From: an uncultured archaeon
GTDB lineage: Archaea > Asgardarchaeota > Hermodarchaeia > Hermodarchaeales > Hermodarchaeaceae
Assembly: GCA_964347045.1 (NCBI GenBank)
Contig: CAYFXC010000004.1
Location: 32,001 to 96,000, forward strand
Direction of reading: 5' to 3'
DNA: 64,000 nt
Shown here: one piece after another, positions 46,218-57,380 of the stretch
How the letters are laid out: the number at the start of each line of letters is the position of its first letter
Numbering within the stretch: the first letter of the stretch is position 1
The notes under the pieces: generated by a model
The model's database searches: none
Told to the model about the DNA's origin: nothing
What the model saw: the letters and a program-made list of their open reading frames with translations, nothing else
Position numbers and translations under genes: made by a program

Positions 46218-47567
46218 TCACCAGGTGGAGAGAGAAGCAACCGCACTGTCAGGAATTCGACCTTTTTCGACATCACGTAGAGCGGTATCAATGATTTCCA
46301 GTGCTCGATCAGCTTCTGATTGTGAGAGATTAAATGCAGGACAAACTCTAAGAACAGATTCGCCAAGAGTTGTAAGGATAAGACCGAGCTCACCAGCCCG
46401 CCAACAAACCTTAGAAGCTTCTAGCCGTGCAGGTTCTCGCGTCTTATGATCTTTAACTAGATCGACTCCAATAAGCATTCCTTTACCTCTGACATCACCA
46501 ATTAGGTGATGATCTCTTCTCATTTCGTCAAAGCGTTTCCGGAGGTACGCGCCCATCTTTTTTCCCTTATCAATAAGATTGTCTCTCCTGATAGTATCTA
46601 TTACAGTCAATGCAACCGCGCATACAATTGGATTAGCAATTCCTGTTCCAATCGCGGAAGGAGGTTTTAGTTCATCTATTACTGAAGCGCGGCCTATGAC
46701 CCCGCTCAACGGAACTCCCGCAGAAAAGCCCTTACCAAAGGCAACAAGATCAGGGATGAGATTATATTGTTCTGATAAGAACCATGAACCGCATCGTCCA
46801 CACCCAGTTTGGATCTCATCAAGTGCAAATAGCATACCATATTTTTGACAAATTTCCTCAAGGCCTTTCAACCATTCGGGAGGTGGAAAGATATAGCCTC
46901 CATCTGATCCAACTGGTTCAGTAATAATTGCTGCAACTTCTTCTGGGGGTACGAGATGTTTTAGTACAGTTTTCAAATAGTCCAAGCATGCTAATCCGCA
47001 ATGAGGATATTCTTGTTTGAAAATGCATCTGTAACAGTCTGCAAATGGAACATGGTAAATCTCTGGGATAAATGGTCCTAAATACCGACGTTGAACCGTT
47101 GAAAAAGCACTCAAGGATAAGGCACCATATAGTGCCCCATAATATCCTTTGAGAAATGTGATGATTTTAGTACGCTTTGTTCCAACACGTGCAAGCTTTA
47201 CTGTAAGATCCATTGCGGCGGCCCCAGCAAGTTGATATATTGTTCTTTTAGTGAAATCGCCAGGAGGTAACTGATTTAATTTTTCAGCAAGCTCAACAGC
47301 TAGTTCATGATACCCGTAGAGAGGTGGGTAATGAATAAGTTGATCCGCTTGTTCTTGAATAGCTTTCACTACTGCGGGATGCCGATGACCAATAGGAAGA
47401 GCAGCTGCTCCGCCTAGAAAGTCAATGTATTCATTTCCATCCTTGTCCCATACTATAGAACCTTCAGCACGAATAGCCACTACCGGATAATATGCTAACC
47501 GGAGTGCTTGACCAATAGCGTTCTTATCACGTTTGACTATTTTCAATCCTTTCCTAACTACTCCCAT
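46218..47567 (-). CDS. Class III PLP aminotransferase family protein
   Basis: DGNEYIDF, IGHRHP, DEIQTGCGR, PDLVAFGK, DVRGKG. Confidence 0.92.
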   Translation of the reverse strand: MGVVRKGLKIVKRDKNAIGQALRLAYYPVVAIRAEGSIVWDKDGNEYIDFLGGAAALPIGHRHPAVVKAIQEQADQLIHYPPLYGYHELAVELAEKLNQLPPGDFTKRTIYQLAGAAAMDLTVKLARVGTKRTKIITFLKGYYGALYGALSLSAFSTVQRRYLGPFIPEIYHVPFADCYRCIFKQEYPHCGLACLDYLKTVLKHLVPPEEVAAIITEPVGSDGGYIFPPPEWLKGLEEICQKYGMLFALDEIQTGCGRCGSWFLSEQYNLIPDLVAFGKGFSAGVPLSGVIGRASVIDELKPPSAIGTGIANPIVCAVALTVIDTIRRDNLIDKGKKMGAYLRKRFDEMRRDHHLIGDVRGKGMLIGVDLVKDHKTREPARLEASKVCWRAGELGLILTTLGESVLRVCPAFNLSQSEADRALEIIDTALRDVEKGRIPDSAVASLSTW

Positions 47568-47637
47568 TTAGATCACCTTCAGTTGAACTCTTTTTTAGGA
47601 TTCAAATATCGTAATAAATTCCATTAGTAGAGGATAT

Positions 47638-48747
47638 TTAGTGTGAATCGTGGAATTCTGTACCCCAGTTATCGATAGCCAAGATGGCATCTCGAACCAT
47701 CCCCGGTGAAACTGCTATTGGCATATTTCCCATCGTATCCTTAGGGTCACAGGCTTTTTCAGCAGCAGTACTAAGGTCATCAACATTGATATCTCCAAGT
47801 TGCTTAAGAGTGATAGGAAGCCCTACTTGATGTTCCCATCTCATTATGCGCTCAATTTCTTGGGGATCACGGTTTTCTAGCACCATTTGTACTAATACAC
47901 AGAACGCCACAATTTCACCATGATTAGCTTTTACTCCAGAGATAAACGTCAAACCATTATGAATAGCATGTGCTGCGGCTAAACCTGTACTTTCAGCACA
48001 AAGACTACTTAGAAGTTTGATGGATTCGAAGATTCGTTCAACATATGGAGTAACTAGTTTCTGTTCAAGGTCCTTAGCTGCTCGATATCCATAGGTGAGT
48101 AAATTATATTCACATAACTCTCCAATCCAAGGTGAAACAGCAGTAGGACGACCAAACAAAAGACTGGAAGCATTCGGTTGAGCAACACAAGCTTTTGCTT
48201 CAATATTAGCCCCTAGTGCATCACCCATTCCCCAGACCGTAAATTTGGCTGGAGCTGTGACAAGGATTTCTGGATCAACTAAAACTAAATCTGGATTTTT
48301 AGGATAAAAGAGATATTCAAGCCATTCATGCTTCTCAGTATAAATGACAGATAAGGCGCTAGCATCAGCGTTGGTTGCACATTGTGTTGGTACACATGCA
48401 ACGGGTAGTTTTAGCTTGTACGCAACTGCTTTCGCAGTATCAACAGCTACTCCACCACCTACACCAATGATGACATCAGCTTTTTCCTTTTTTCCAATCT
48501 CACTCAGACGGTCAATTGTTGGATAAGTGGTCATTCGGACAGTATTATCTAATGCTACGATGCTGGTGTCAAACTGGTGAAGACTCTTTTCGATTCGCTT
48601 TTTCGTTATACTCAAAGCAGTTTTTCCACCCAAAATCAACGCTTGTTGGCCAATTTTACTAATATGTGCACCAAGTTCATCCAGAGAACCACGTCCCTGA
48701 ACATATCGACTAGCAGACCCGAATATTTTCATTTGACTTGGTTCCAA
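47638..48747 (-). CDS. gldA: Glycerol dehydrogenase
   Basis: RYVQGRG, GVGGG..DTAKA, NPDLVLVD, GMGDAL, GLAAAHAIHNGLT, HGEIVAF. Confidence 0.88.
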   Translation of the reverse strand: MEPSQMKIFGSASRYVQGRGSLDELGAHISKIGQQALILGGKTALSITKKRIEKSLHQFDTSIVALDNTVRMTTYPTIDRLSEIGKKEKADVIIGVGGGVAVDTAKAVAYKLKLPVACVPTQCATNADASALSVIYTEKHEWLEYLFYPKNPDLVLVDPEILVTAPAKFTVWGMGDALGANIEAKACVAQPNASSLLFGRPTAVSPWIGELCEYNLLTYGYRAAKDLEQKLVTPYVERIFESIKLLSSLCAESTGLAAAHAIHNGLTFISGVKANHGEIVAFCVLVQMVLENRDPQEIERIMRWEHQVGLPITLKQLGDINVDDLSTAAEKACDPKDTMGNMPIAVSPGMVRDAILAIDNWGTEFHDSH

Positions 48748-48879
48748 TTAATTTCACCTGGTATGATGATTTAGCGCAGTGCTTTTGGAAGCAACTTCTA
48801 TAAGTAATTCACGCAAATGGAATCTTCAAGTTTTATAATTCCCATAAACACTTTAGACTAAAAGTAGATATTTAGACTC

Positions 48880-50256
48880 ATGACTCCAATTTGGTTTCCA
48901 AAAAATGATGAGATTTCAACTCTACTATGTGGTTCTTATCGAACTGATGTAAATGGTTGGATCCGTATACATCTTTGTGGTGACAACAGACAAATGGGAT
49001 TCCAACACGGATATTGGCTCGCTCACGAGATTCAGGCAAATGTTAAACAGACTGGTATGTTTCTGGACAAGGCAGAAAATTACCCTTGGAAGAAGTTCCG
49101 ATCTGATGCAGAAAAGATATGTTGGCACATGACACCAGAGAGTCTTCAAGAAGAGATTCAAGGTGTTGAGGCAGGAATGCGACTCCGAGGTATCAAGGAT
49201 ACCTCTTGGAAAGACATTCTCGCAATAAACGCATATGGTGACACACTTTCTTGTCATTATGCAAAGGAGCACGAAAAAAAACGAGATACCAGTAGAAAAA
49301 GTGGTCATTGTAGTGCCTTCATCGCAACCGGAAAAGCAACAAAAGATAGACGAATCGTTCTTTGTCACAACACTTGGTTTTCCTATATTATTGGAACGAC
49401 CTATAACATCATGATGAGCCTGAGTCCCTCTGAAGGTCATAAAATGTTTATTCATACATGGCCTGGAGCGATAGGTGGTGCAACAATTGATTGGGATATG
49501 AATGCAGCAGGGATTATGTGTGCAGAGACAACAATTACTGGAGCAAGTAAATTCAAACTAGATGAAATTCCCTATTTTGTTCGAGGTCGATTGGCAATTC
49601 AGTTTGCAGATTCAATTGATGAGTGGATGAAAATGATGATTGAAGGTAATAATGGGGGATGGGCTAACGCCTATTTAGTTGGAGATGCTAAAACAGATGA
49701 AATTGGATGGTTAGAACTGGGAATCTTTGAGCACGCCATTCGTCGAACTCGAAACGGGTATTTTGTAGGTGCCAATTGGGCGTTGGATGATGCTGTAAAA
49801 TCAGAATGTGTTGGAGTAAGTTTTGATGAAAAAGCCGCTCATTCCTGTGCATCAAGAACCCATCGTCTCCTTCAACTGATGGAAAAATTTGATGGGAAAA
49901 TAGATATTAGTATCGCAAAACAGATAATCAGCGACCACTATGATGTATCCTTAGATAAGGACCAACCTTCGGCGAATACTATTTGTGGTCATACAGAATT
50001 TGATGAAAGGGGATTGAAAGAATGGAAATGTGGTCCTTTTGAACCATTTGGGGCAACGGATGCGAAAGTTGTTACGAGCACCTTAAATGAAAATGGCTCA
50101 TGGTGGGCACACTGGGGTCCTGCGTGTAACATTCATTTTGATTCAAAGGAGTTTTTTTCAAAACACCCAGAATATGGATGGCAGGAACCATATACTCGTA
50201 ATATTACACCCTATCCTTGGACACTGTTTAGTGCCGATGAGAATTGGAAGAGATAG
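48880..50256 (+). CDS. Ntn hydrolase, phospholipase B-like (PLBD)/C45 family
   Basis: GFQHG, autoproteolytic GH|CSAF, HNTW, ETTI, NNGGWAN. Confidence 0.78.
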   Translation: MTPIWFPKNDEISTLLCGSYRTDVNGWIRIHLCGDNRQMGFQHGYWLAHEIQANVKQTGMFLDKAENYPWKKFRSDAEKICWHMTPESLQEEIQGVEAGMRLRGIKDTSWKDILAINAYGDTLSCHYAKEHEKKRDTSRKSGHCSAFIATGKATKDRRIVLCHNTWFSYIIGTTYNIMMSLSPSEGHKMFIHTWPGAIGGATIDWDMNAAGIMCAETTITGASKFKLDEIPYFVRGRLAIQFADSIDEWMKMMIEGNNGGWANAYLVGDAKTDEIGWLELGIFEHAIRRTRNGYFVGANWALDDAVKSECVGVSFDEKAAHSCASRTHRLLQLMEKFDGKIDISIAKQIISDHYDVSLDKDQPSANTICGHTEFDERGLKEWKCGPFEPFGATDAKVVTSTLNENGSWWAHWGPACNIHFDSKEFFSKHPEYGWQEPYTRNITPYPWTLFSADENWKR

Positions 50257-50303
50257 CGGCAAATGCATTATTCGGAGAAGAATTGGTTCAATAGAATGAG
50301 CGA

Positions 50304-51263
50304 CTATCCTTGAGTTAACATGAAATCTTTGACCTTTCTTCCTTCAATATCAATGATAGCGCCGCGAAGGACTCCTTCAAGATATTCACTACCAGGATTG
50401 ATAGCCAATGTTTTCCCGATTTTTTGAAACCCTCTTGATTCATGGATATGTCCATGCAAACTAAGCAAAGGATGATATTTTTCTATTGCCGCCCGAACGG
50501 CTTTACTCCCCACGGGATGATCTTCAATTCGACCTCCTTTAGTTTGCACCTGAAGTTCTCCTTTGATCGTTTCTTTCAATACAGGACAGAGGTCTAAAGT
50601 TGAATCAAATGGAGGAACATGCATATTAAAGATTGATAACTCAGGATTCTTCAACTGGGAGGTCAATGCTTCAATGAGTTCCTCTAATTTATCTTCTGGA
50701 AGGTCTCGTGGACATTCCCAAGGCGTCACATTTCCATGCCCAATAGAGATCATTTCGTGTTCGTTGTCAATCATCACAACTTTCCCATCAGGATTCACCA
50801 CGTAGTCAGAAGAGTTTAATGTGGCGTCAATATCAAGTCGATCATCATTACCTGGACATACAAACATCTTAATTTCTGATTCACCAAGTCTTTCCTCTGC
50901 CAACCTCAGCCATCGGTCTAGTTCATTTTGCATTACTTTACTGAATAGTTTATCAACCGCGGCTTTATTCTCGTGTAATTTCTGGATTTCATTCGTAGAT
51001 GCGACATATGGATAATACCCACTATTTCTAATAGTTTGAAGAAGTTGTTCATACTCTTCTTGCGAACTAATCTCGTATGTCTTATTCATGAACGTTGTCG
51101 AATATTGATCACCATCTTGTTTAATCGGAATGATTGCCTTACCAGTGATATCTCCACCCATAATCACCACATTGGCTTTGTAAAAAGGTCCTGCGTTAAC
51201 GAATTTCCTCCAACAACGTTCTGAACCATGAATATCTGTCGTGAAAAAAATACGCGTTTTCAT
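50304..51263 (-). CDS. Calcineurin-like (Icc-related) metallophosphoesterase
   Basis: TDIHGS, GGDITGK, PGNDD, HVPP, HGHIHE, NPGSEY. Confidence 0.9.
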   Translation of the reverse strand: MKTRIFFTTDIHGSERCWRKFVNAGPFYKANVVIMGGDITGKAIIPIKQDGDQYSTTFMNKTYEISSQEEYEQLLQTIRNSGYYPYVASTNEIQKLHENKAAVDKLFSKVMQNELDRWLRLAEERLGESEIKMFVCPGNDDRLDIDATLNSSDYVVNPDGKVVMIDNEHEMISIGHGNVTPWECPRDLPEDKLEELIEALTSQLKNPELSIFNMHVPPFDSTLDLCPVLKETIKGELQVQTKGGRIEDHPVGSKAVRAAIEKYHPLLSLHGHIHESRGFQKIGKTLAINPGSEYLEGVLRGAIIDIEGRKVKDFMLTQG

Positions 51264-51397
51264 TTACATAAATCACCACTAGAATTCTCAGCTTTAGATC
51301 GGAATTCGATGAGCAACAAGAGAATCTTGGAGCGATAGCTGACTCTGTTGATTAAAAGATTTTCGAATCCGTAAACATTTGAGAAAGGCTAAAGAGT

Positions 51398-52471
51398 TCA
51401 TTCAATAACTCCTGTGTTTCGGGCAAGTCGGATAGCCGCCTCTTCAGTGAGACCATTTTCTCCTAGAATAGTATACCGTTGTGGATTGATTTTATGCGCT
51501 ATTTCAAGAGCTTTGATAACATATTTTGACTCAATGCCGAGCTGTTTTGCTGTGGTTGGAGCACGAACAGCTGATAACGCATCACGAATTTCCTGCCAGT
51601 TAATTCCATGAAGATATGCCATCATAATCGTTCCCAAGCCAGATTGTTCTCCATGCAGAGCAGGCTCGGGTGCGAGTTGATCAAGTGCATGACTGAACTT
51701 ATGTTCAGCACCACTTGAAGGCCTACTTGAGCCGGCGATTCCCATTGCAATACCACTGGCAATAAGGGCTTCAAGAACAAGTCGTGCACTTTGCACATCA
51801 TTGGGTTTTATCATTTGAGAATTATTGATAATAATCCTAGCGGACATAAGCGAAAGAGAAGCCGCATAGTCTCCATAATATTCATAACCCAAAGTATTAG
51901 CAAGCCTCCAATCACGTACAGCAGTGATGTTGGCAATTAAATCACCACAACCAGCTGAAGTAAAACGGAACGGAGCCTCAGCTACAACCTTTGTATCAGC
52001 TACAATAGCTATCGGCGAATGACCCTGTATAGAAACAGATTTCCCCTTTTCTTTAATGGATGCTCGAGGACTTGAAAGTCCATCATGAGATGCTATCGTG
52101 GGTACACTAATGAAAGGCCGATTTTCACGAGCAGAACTTAACTTTGCCGTATCAATAACTGAACCTCCACCACACCCAACAATAAGCCCTGCCTTGTGTT
52201 TTTGAATAATTTCTTGGGCTTCTTCAACGGCATTGGATGTTGCCCCCTTAATCATTAGAATCTCAACATCAAATTTATCCTCTGTTAAGGCGTTTAAAGC
52301 CCGTTTGCCCACAATGCGAAACACATCCTTATCTGTAACCAGAATTACATGTCTCGTCTCTACAACCTGATGCACAACTTCCCCCAACAGATCAACCACA
52401 TTCGGTCCAATAACAACATGTCCAGGTAATTGCATACGATGAGCATTATTCTCAACTGTCACCAGGTTCAC
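51398..52471 (-). CDS. egsA: sn-glycerol-1-phosphate dehydrogenase
   Basis: GGGSVID, PTIASHDG, SSRPSSGAEHKFSHALD, LHGEQ, RYTILG. Confidence 0.95.
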   Translation of the reverse strand: MNLVTVENNAHRMQLPGHVVIGPNVVDLLGEVVHQVVETRHVILVTDKDVFRIVGKRALNALTEDKFDVEILMIKGATSNAVEEAQEIIQKHKAGLIVGCGGGSVIDTAKLSSARENRPFISVPTIASHDGLSSPRASIKEKGKSVSIQGHSPIAIVADTKVVAEAPFRFTSAGCGDLIANITAVRDWRLANTLGYEYYGDYAASLSLMSARIIINNSQMIKPNDVQSARLVLEALIASGIAMGIAGSSRPSSGAEHKFSHALDQLAPEPALHGEQSGLGTIMMAYLHGINWQEIRDALSAVRAPTTAKQLGIESKYVIKALEIAHKINPQRYTILGENGLTEEAAIRLARNTGVIE

Positions 52472-52895
52472 CCTTCTAATCCATCGAAAAATTCCAACTA
52501 GAATGCTAATAATCTGTCATAGCGATCTTATGAGTAAAAATAACTTGCTCAAAATTTAGTACCAATCGTTTATTGAAGTTTCTTATTTAAAACCACCTGT
52601 TGAAAAATTTAATCAAATAATAATCGGAACCGTCTATAATATTTAATGACAATTTATTTTTATAAAACATTCAAGTGAATTATATAAAAAAAATACTAAA
52701 AATTATTAAAATAAAAAAATACCATTTGTATATATCCATTGTAACACTAAAAGATTAAGAACTCCCTGAATATCTTGCAATTTCTTTTTTTTGAGTAACG
52801 GTTTTATACAAAGTGGGTACGAAGGAGTGGCGTTTGGTATACTGTTAGAAACCAGACAACACCCATAAAAAAATCATTCATGAGTTGAATGAACA
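52472..52895. promoter_or_regulatory. Very AT-rich divergent promoter region (egsA / APC permease)
   Basis: About 420 bp non-coding, with long A/T tracts and several TATA-like boxes (ttttataaaa, ttatataaaa, ttttatac). Confidence 0.55.
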
Positions 52896-54500
52896 ATGGG
52901 AGAAGAAATCTTCGTTCGAAAAGCTTCCGGTCTTGTTCGCAATGTCAGTGCTTGGGACGCTCTAGTTATGTGCATTCTGATTCCAGGTATCTTTTGGCCT
53001 TGGGTTTATCAGATGTGGTCAGTGGGTCTTCATGGACCAGGAGCATGGATGCCTCTTTCATCGCTTATTGCTATCGCTTTCATGATCCCGAACGCCATCA
53101 TGTACGTTATGTTTAGCGTCGCGATGCCTCGATCAGGTGGCGATTATGTCTGGGTAAGTCGAGTCATCCATCCCGCCGTTGGATTTGCAGTAAACTGGTA
53201 TCTCACCTTGATCCTTCTTTCGTGGGCAGGACCCTTCGCATCATGGATTGTTGAATGGGGCATTTCACCCATCTGGCTTACCTGGGGAACGATGACAGGC
53301 GATCCAACAGGATTAGCTATTTTCAACGTTTTGAACATAAACGAGGTAAAACTAGCGATAGGCACAGTGATAATCATCTTTATGGCCGTCCTCTCCTTCC
53401 TTGGATCCAAGTGGGAATTCCGAGCAGAATGGCTAGCCATTATCATGGGCTACATAGGTCTAATGGTATGGTCTGGCGTAATGATTGCTGGAGCCCCCCT
53501 AATTGATGCCCGTATGCAGCTATTAACTGGAGGGGTCTTGTCGTTCTCAAGCATAGTGTCTACAGCTTCAGCGGCAGGCTGGGTCGTCTCGGCAGCGTTA
53601 CCGGTTGGAATTGGAGTGACATTTATGGCGACAACATATACAACGTTAAACTTCCTTGGATATACAAACTCTGCTTATATTGCTGGAGAAATCAAGGGAG
53701 TAACGCGGTCGCATATTATCGCCATTATTGGCGCACTCTTCATCTTCGGTTTCACTGCCTTTGGCCTATATGCGGTCTATAACTATTCCTTTGGTCCTGT
53801 TGTGATCAATAGCATAGCCTATCTAGACGTAGCTGGAGATCCTCTTTGGTGGAACCTATTCCCAATAGAACCGTTAGGGAACATTCTATCAATGTTTGCC
53901 ACAACGATTCCCTTTATTCCGCCGTTTCTGACGGTTTGTTTCGCTTTTGGCTGTTTTGGGGCTGCACTTGGTCTATTCATTTCAAGTGTCCGTAACATTT
54001 TCGCTTGGTCCTTTGACCGAGTACTTCCCAGTTCTCTTTCACTGGTAGACAAGCGATTCAGGGCACCATGGGTTGCTATTCTAGTGACATTCATCATCAC
54101 TATGATAATGAATATACTCTACATCTACACCACAGCACTCGATTACTTCACCTACAGCATTCTTGCCTGGTGGATTGCGATGGTCATTGTGGGCATCGCA
54201 GGAATTATCTTTCCATGGCGTAGAAAGGATATCTTCGAACTTGCTCCAGACTTTGCTAAGAAGAAAATTGCAGGTATTCCACTGATCTCGTTATTCTCAT
54301 TGATTTCGATTCCAATCTCAGTTTTCATTGGATATGCTTCCGTATCTCCTGCGGTAGCAGGTGCAATTGACTGGTCATTTATGCTAGCAGTCGTTGTGAC
54401 CTTCATTATCGCACCCATTATCTACTATATCAGTTACTTCTACCACAAGGCTAAGGGCATTACAATCAGTATGGCACAGGCGGAGATTCCACCTGAGTAA
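52896..54500 (+). CDS. APC-family amino acid/amine permease
   Basis: FVRKASGLVR, MPRSGGDYVWVSR, YIAGEIK, FAWSFDR, C-terminal IPPE. Confidence 0.9.
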   Translation: MGEEIFVRKASGLVRNVSAWDALVMCILIPGIFWPWVYQMWSVGLHGPGAWMPLSSLIAIAFMIPNAIMYVMFSVAMPRSGGDYVWVSRVIHPAVGFAVNWYLTLILLSWAGPFASWIVEWGISPIWLTWGTMTGDPTGLAIFNVLNINEVKLAIGTVIIIFMAVLSFLGSKWEFRAEWLAIIMGYIGLMVWSGVMIAGAPLIDARMQLLTGGVLSFSSIVSTASAAGWVVSAALPVGIGVTFMATTYTTLNFLGYTNSAYIAGEIKGVTRSHIIAIIGALFIFGFTAFGLYAVYNYSFGPVVINSIAYLDVAGDPLWWNLFPIEPLGNILSMFATTIPFIPPFLTVCFAFGCFGAALGLFISSVRNIFAWSFDRVLPSSLSLVDKRFRAPWVAILVTFIITMIMNILYIYTTALDYFTYSILAWWIAMVIVGIAGIIFPWRRKDIFELAPDFAKKKIAGIPLISLFSLISIPISVFIGYASVSPAVAGAIDWSFMLAVVVTFIIAPIIYYISYFYHKAKGITISMAQAEIPPE

Positions 54501-54510
54501 TCGGGTTGAA

Positions 54511-54534
54511 TCCCTCCCCCCCCTTTCTTTTTTT
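54511..54534 (+). terminator. C-rich plus oligo-T terminator-like tract
   Basis: Run of C followed by tttcttttttt immediately after the permease stop. Confidence 0.45.
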
Positions 54535-54665
54535 AGCCAATATTCAACACACTTCTAATTGTACTGTCGACAACCACTAGTATTAATTACACAAATCGAC
54601 ACGAACATCCAGAAGCTTGATTATACGTAAACTCAAAAAGATAATTACGCCTAGGAAACAAGTAG

Positions 54666-55760
54666 GTGCTCACTGTGTTTGACCCATCGTATCTAGTTCG
54701 TGAGTGTGTGAAAAACTCAACTGGTTATAATGTTAGTCATTTCATACGAGCATGGTCTAACAGAGATCTGCTCCGTATGATGTCCAATGAAAACCCAATT
54801 CAGCCTTCAAAGGCGGTTATTGAGGCTATGATTCAAGAGATAGAAGAAACGAATCTTTATCCGGCCCCTCCTTCAGGACTTTGCGAACGGTTTGCTCAGC
54901 ATGTGAAGATGAAACCTGAAAATATCGCTGTTTGTTCAGGTTCCATGGAGGTTATTGATGTTTTAATTCGGACATTTGTTGAACCGGGCCAAGAAGTAAT
55001 AATTCATTCACCTACGTTTTCTGCTTATGAAAAGTTCGCAAATCTTCATGGTGCTAAGCTTATCTCCGTTAAAATGGATCCTCCGAATTTCGATTATCCT
55101 TTTGAAGAGATGGAGAGAAATATTACTAGGAAAACAAAAATTGTGTTTGTTTGTACGCCTAATAACCCTACAGGTAATTATTGTGAAAAAAGAGATATTA
55201 AGAAATTAGCAAAAAATAATGTAATTATTGCTGTTGATGAAGCTTATGCAGAGTTTATCAATCAAAATATGACGGATCTTATTGCTTCGTACCGAAATGT
55301 TGTTTTCATTCGAACATTATCAAAGGCATGGGGTCTGGCTGGTTTACGAATTGGCTATCTGATGGCTGATGAAAACGTGATAGAGTATTTCAATCGGGTA
55401 AGACAACCCTTTCACATTTCAATGCCAATACAACGGGGAGTAGAAGCAGCCTTTGATGATCCTAATTATCTCCGTGAGCGGGTTCAAGCAAATAACCAAG
55501 GCGTGAATTACATTCGAAGAGAGCTAGACAAAATTCCTGGGATAACTACGTTCCCATCCAGTGGGAATTTTGTGCTAATTAATGCTGGTGATACAGGGCA
55601 TGAAACTCAAGAGATAATTGAAAAATTATTAGGGATGGGAATTTTTGCAAGGGATATGTCCAGTCACCGACTTGGAGGCGCTTATTTCCGCGTTACCGTT
55701 AGTTCAGAAGCGAATAACCAACGATTTATTGAAGCGATAAAGAAAATTCTCAAATCATAA
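54666..55760 (+). CDS. HisC-like class I/II aminotransferase
   Basis: SNENP, PNNPTG, DEAY, RTLSKAWGLAGLRIG; no other his genes nearby. Confidence 0.88.
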   Translation: MLTVFDPSYLVRECVKNSTGYNVSHFIRAWSNRDLLRMMSNENPIQPSKAVIEAMIQEIEETNLYPAPPSGLCERFAQHVKMKPENIAVCSGSMEVIDVLIRTFVEPGQEVIIHSPTFSAYEKFANLHGAKLISVKMDPPNFDYPFEEMERNITRKTKIVFVCTPNNPTGNYCEKRDIKKLAKNNVIIAVDEAYAEFINQNMTDLIASYRNVVFIRTLSKAWGLAGLRIGYLMADENVIEYFNRVRQPFHISMPIQRGVEAAFDDPNYLRERVQANNQGVNYIRRELDKIPGITTFPSSGNFVLINAGDTGHETQEIIEKLLGMGIFARDMSSHRLGGAYFRVTVSSEANNQRFIEAIKKILKS

Positions 55761-55792
55761 GATACTCGTTTCCTTCAAAGGGAGTAGCAATT

Positions 55793-57325
55793 ATGAGTGA
55801 AAAAGATGGTTACATAATAGCGCATGATTTTGGAACCAGTGGTGATAAGGCTGTTTTAACAGATCTGAAAGGTAACGTACTGGCTTCAGAATACAGAGAA
55901 TATCCTCTCCTTTATCCGAAAGCACATTGGGTGGAGCAAGATCCAAAAGATTGGTGGAGAGCATTTTGTGAAACTACACAGGCAGTGGCAAAGAAAGCAA
56001 AATCTCCAGATGAAATTCTAGCATTGGCTCCGTCTGCTCAAATGATAACTATCATGCCTGTCGACCAAAAAGGAAAACCTTTACGTAATTCAATTAATTG
56101 GCTTGATTTACGTGCTACTAAAGAAGGCGATTGGCTTCAACAATTTGTGGATGAGATTTACCCAGTTCTTGGAATGGCTCCTTCTGTAAAAGACATTGTC
56201 AGTCGAATCCTATGGATAAAAGAAAATGAGCCCCAAATTTATGCTAAAACTCACAAATTCATGGATTGTAAAGATTATCTCGAATTGAAACTTACAGGAA
56301 ATTTTGTGACAGATTGGAGCAATGCTTCACTTTATGGACTGTTTAATATAAACAAGCATAAATGGTCTGAACGAGTGTGTGAAATCACAGGGATTTCACC
56401 TGAGAAACTTCCTGACGCCTATCCCTCCACGGAAATAATAGGCGAGGTTACTCAAAAAGCAGCCAAAGAAGTTGGTGTGCCTACGGGAACTCCTGTAATT
56501 GCAACAGGAGGCGATGTTGCGGTTGCGGCTATTGGGTCAGGATCCGTCAAGGAGGGGGATAGTCATGTTTGCATTGGAACAGCTACGTGGATAGGAGTAA
56601 CAACAAAAGAAGTCATAATAGATCCACAAAAACGATACCTCACTATGTGCTCGGGAGATCCTAAAAAGAAAATTCTCATGGGTGAAATGGAAACAGGAGG
56701 AGCCGCGTTACGCTGGCTACGAGACATGTTGAGAAGAACCCTTAATTTACCTAATCCCGAAGCGCTTTCATATTCGACCATGGATAAATGGGCAACCAAA
56801 GTGCCTCCTGGCTCTGATCAATTATTATTTACGCCGTGGATGTCAGGAGAGCGTTCTCCCCTTAACGACCATAATGCTCGAGGAACCTATTTGGGACTTA
56901 AGCTTGGCCATACAGCCGGTCATTTAATTCGTGCGATTCTTGAGGGAGTTGCTTTTAACATCAGATGGATCCTTGATTCAGTCGAGGAAACCGCTCCCTT
57001 CCACATTCAAGATATTTCTGGCGTTGGTGGAGGAGCAGCAAGTAAACTATGGATGCAGATTATATCAAATGTTACTGGTCGAAAAATACGAATTGTAAAG
57101 GAACCCCTAAACGCGGGTTCAATCGGAGCATCCTTAACTGCAGCTGTTGCATTAGATGTGTTCCCAGATTTCGAATCACTGTTAGAAGTAATTCCAATCA
57201 AAACCCAAATACAATGTAAACAGGATGCATATTACATATATTCACAACTCTTTCCCATCTATAAAGAAGCCTATAAACAATTATCTCCAATCTTTAACAG
57301 GCTCGCAGAATTAGATAAACATTAG
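55793..57325 (+). CDS. FGGY-family kinase (xylulokinase-like)
   Basis: HDFGTSGDK, EQDP, WLDLRA, GGD, IGT, PWMSGERSP, GGGA. Confidence 0.9.
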   Translation: MSEKDGYIIAHDFGTSGDKAVLTDLKGNVLASEYREYPLLYPKAHWVEQDPKDWWRAFCETTQAVAKKAKSPDEILALAPSAQMITIMPVDQKGKPLRNSINWLDLRATKEGDWLQQFVDEIYPVLGMAPSVKDIVSRILWIKENEPQIYAKTHKFMDCKDYLELKLTGNFVTDWSNASLYGLFNINKHKWSERVCEITGISPEKLPDAYPSTEIIGEVTQKAAKEVGVPTGTPVIATGGDVAVAAIGSGSVKEGDSHVCIGTATWIGVTTKEVIIDPQKRYLTMCSGDPKKKILMGEMETGGAALRWLRDMLRRTLNLPNPEALSYSTMDKWATKVPPGSDQLLFTPWMSGERSPLNDHNARGTYLGLKLGHTAGHLIRAILEGVAFNIRWILDSVEETAPFHIQDISGVGGGAASKLWMQIISNVTGRKIRIVKEPLNAGSIGASLTAAVALDVFPDFESLLEVIPIKTQIQCKQDAYYIYSQLFPIYKEAYKQLSPIFNRLAELDKH

Positions 57326-57380
57326 GATATAAAACATAGTAAAAACATTTGTACCAAAAATATGAGGATGATATATTTCG

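Noticed and set aside
54666-55760. hisC of histidine biosynthesis
   Set aside because: Family motifs fit, but the context is permease/kinase with no other his genes, so the symbol was withheld
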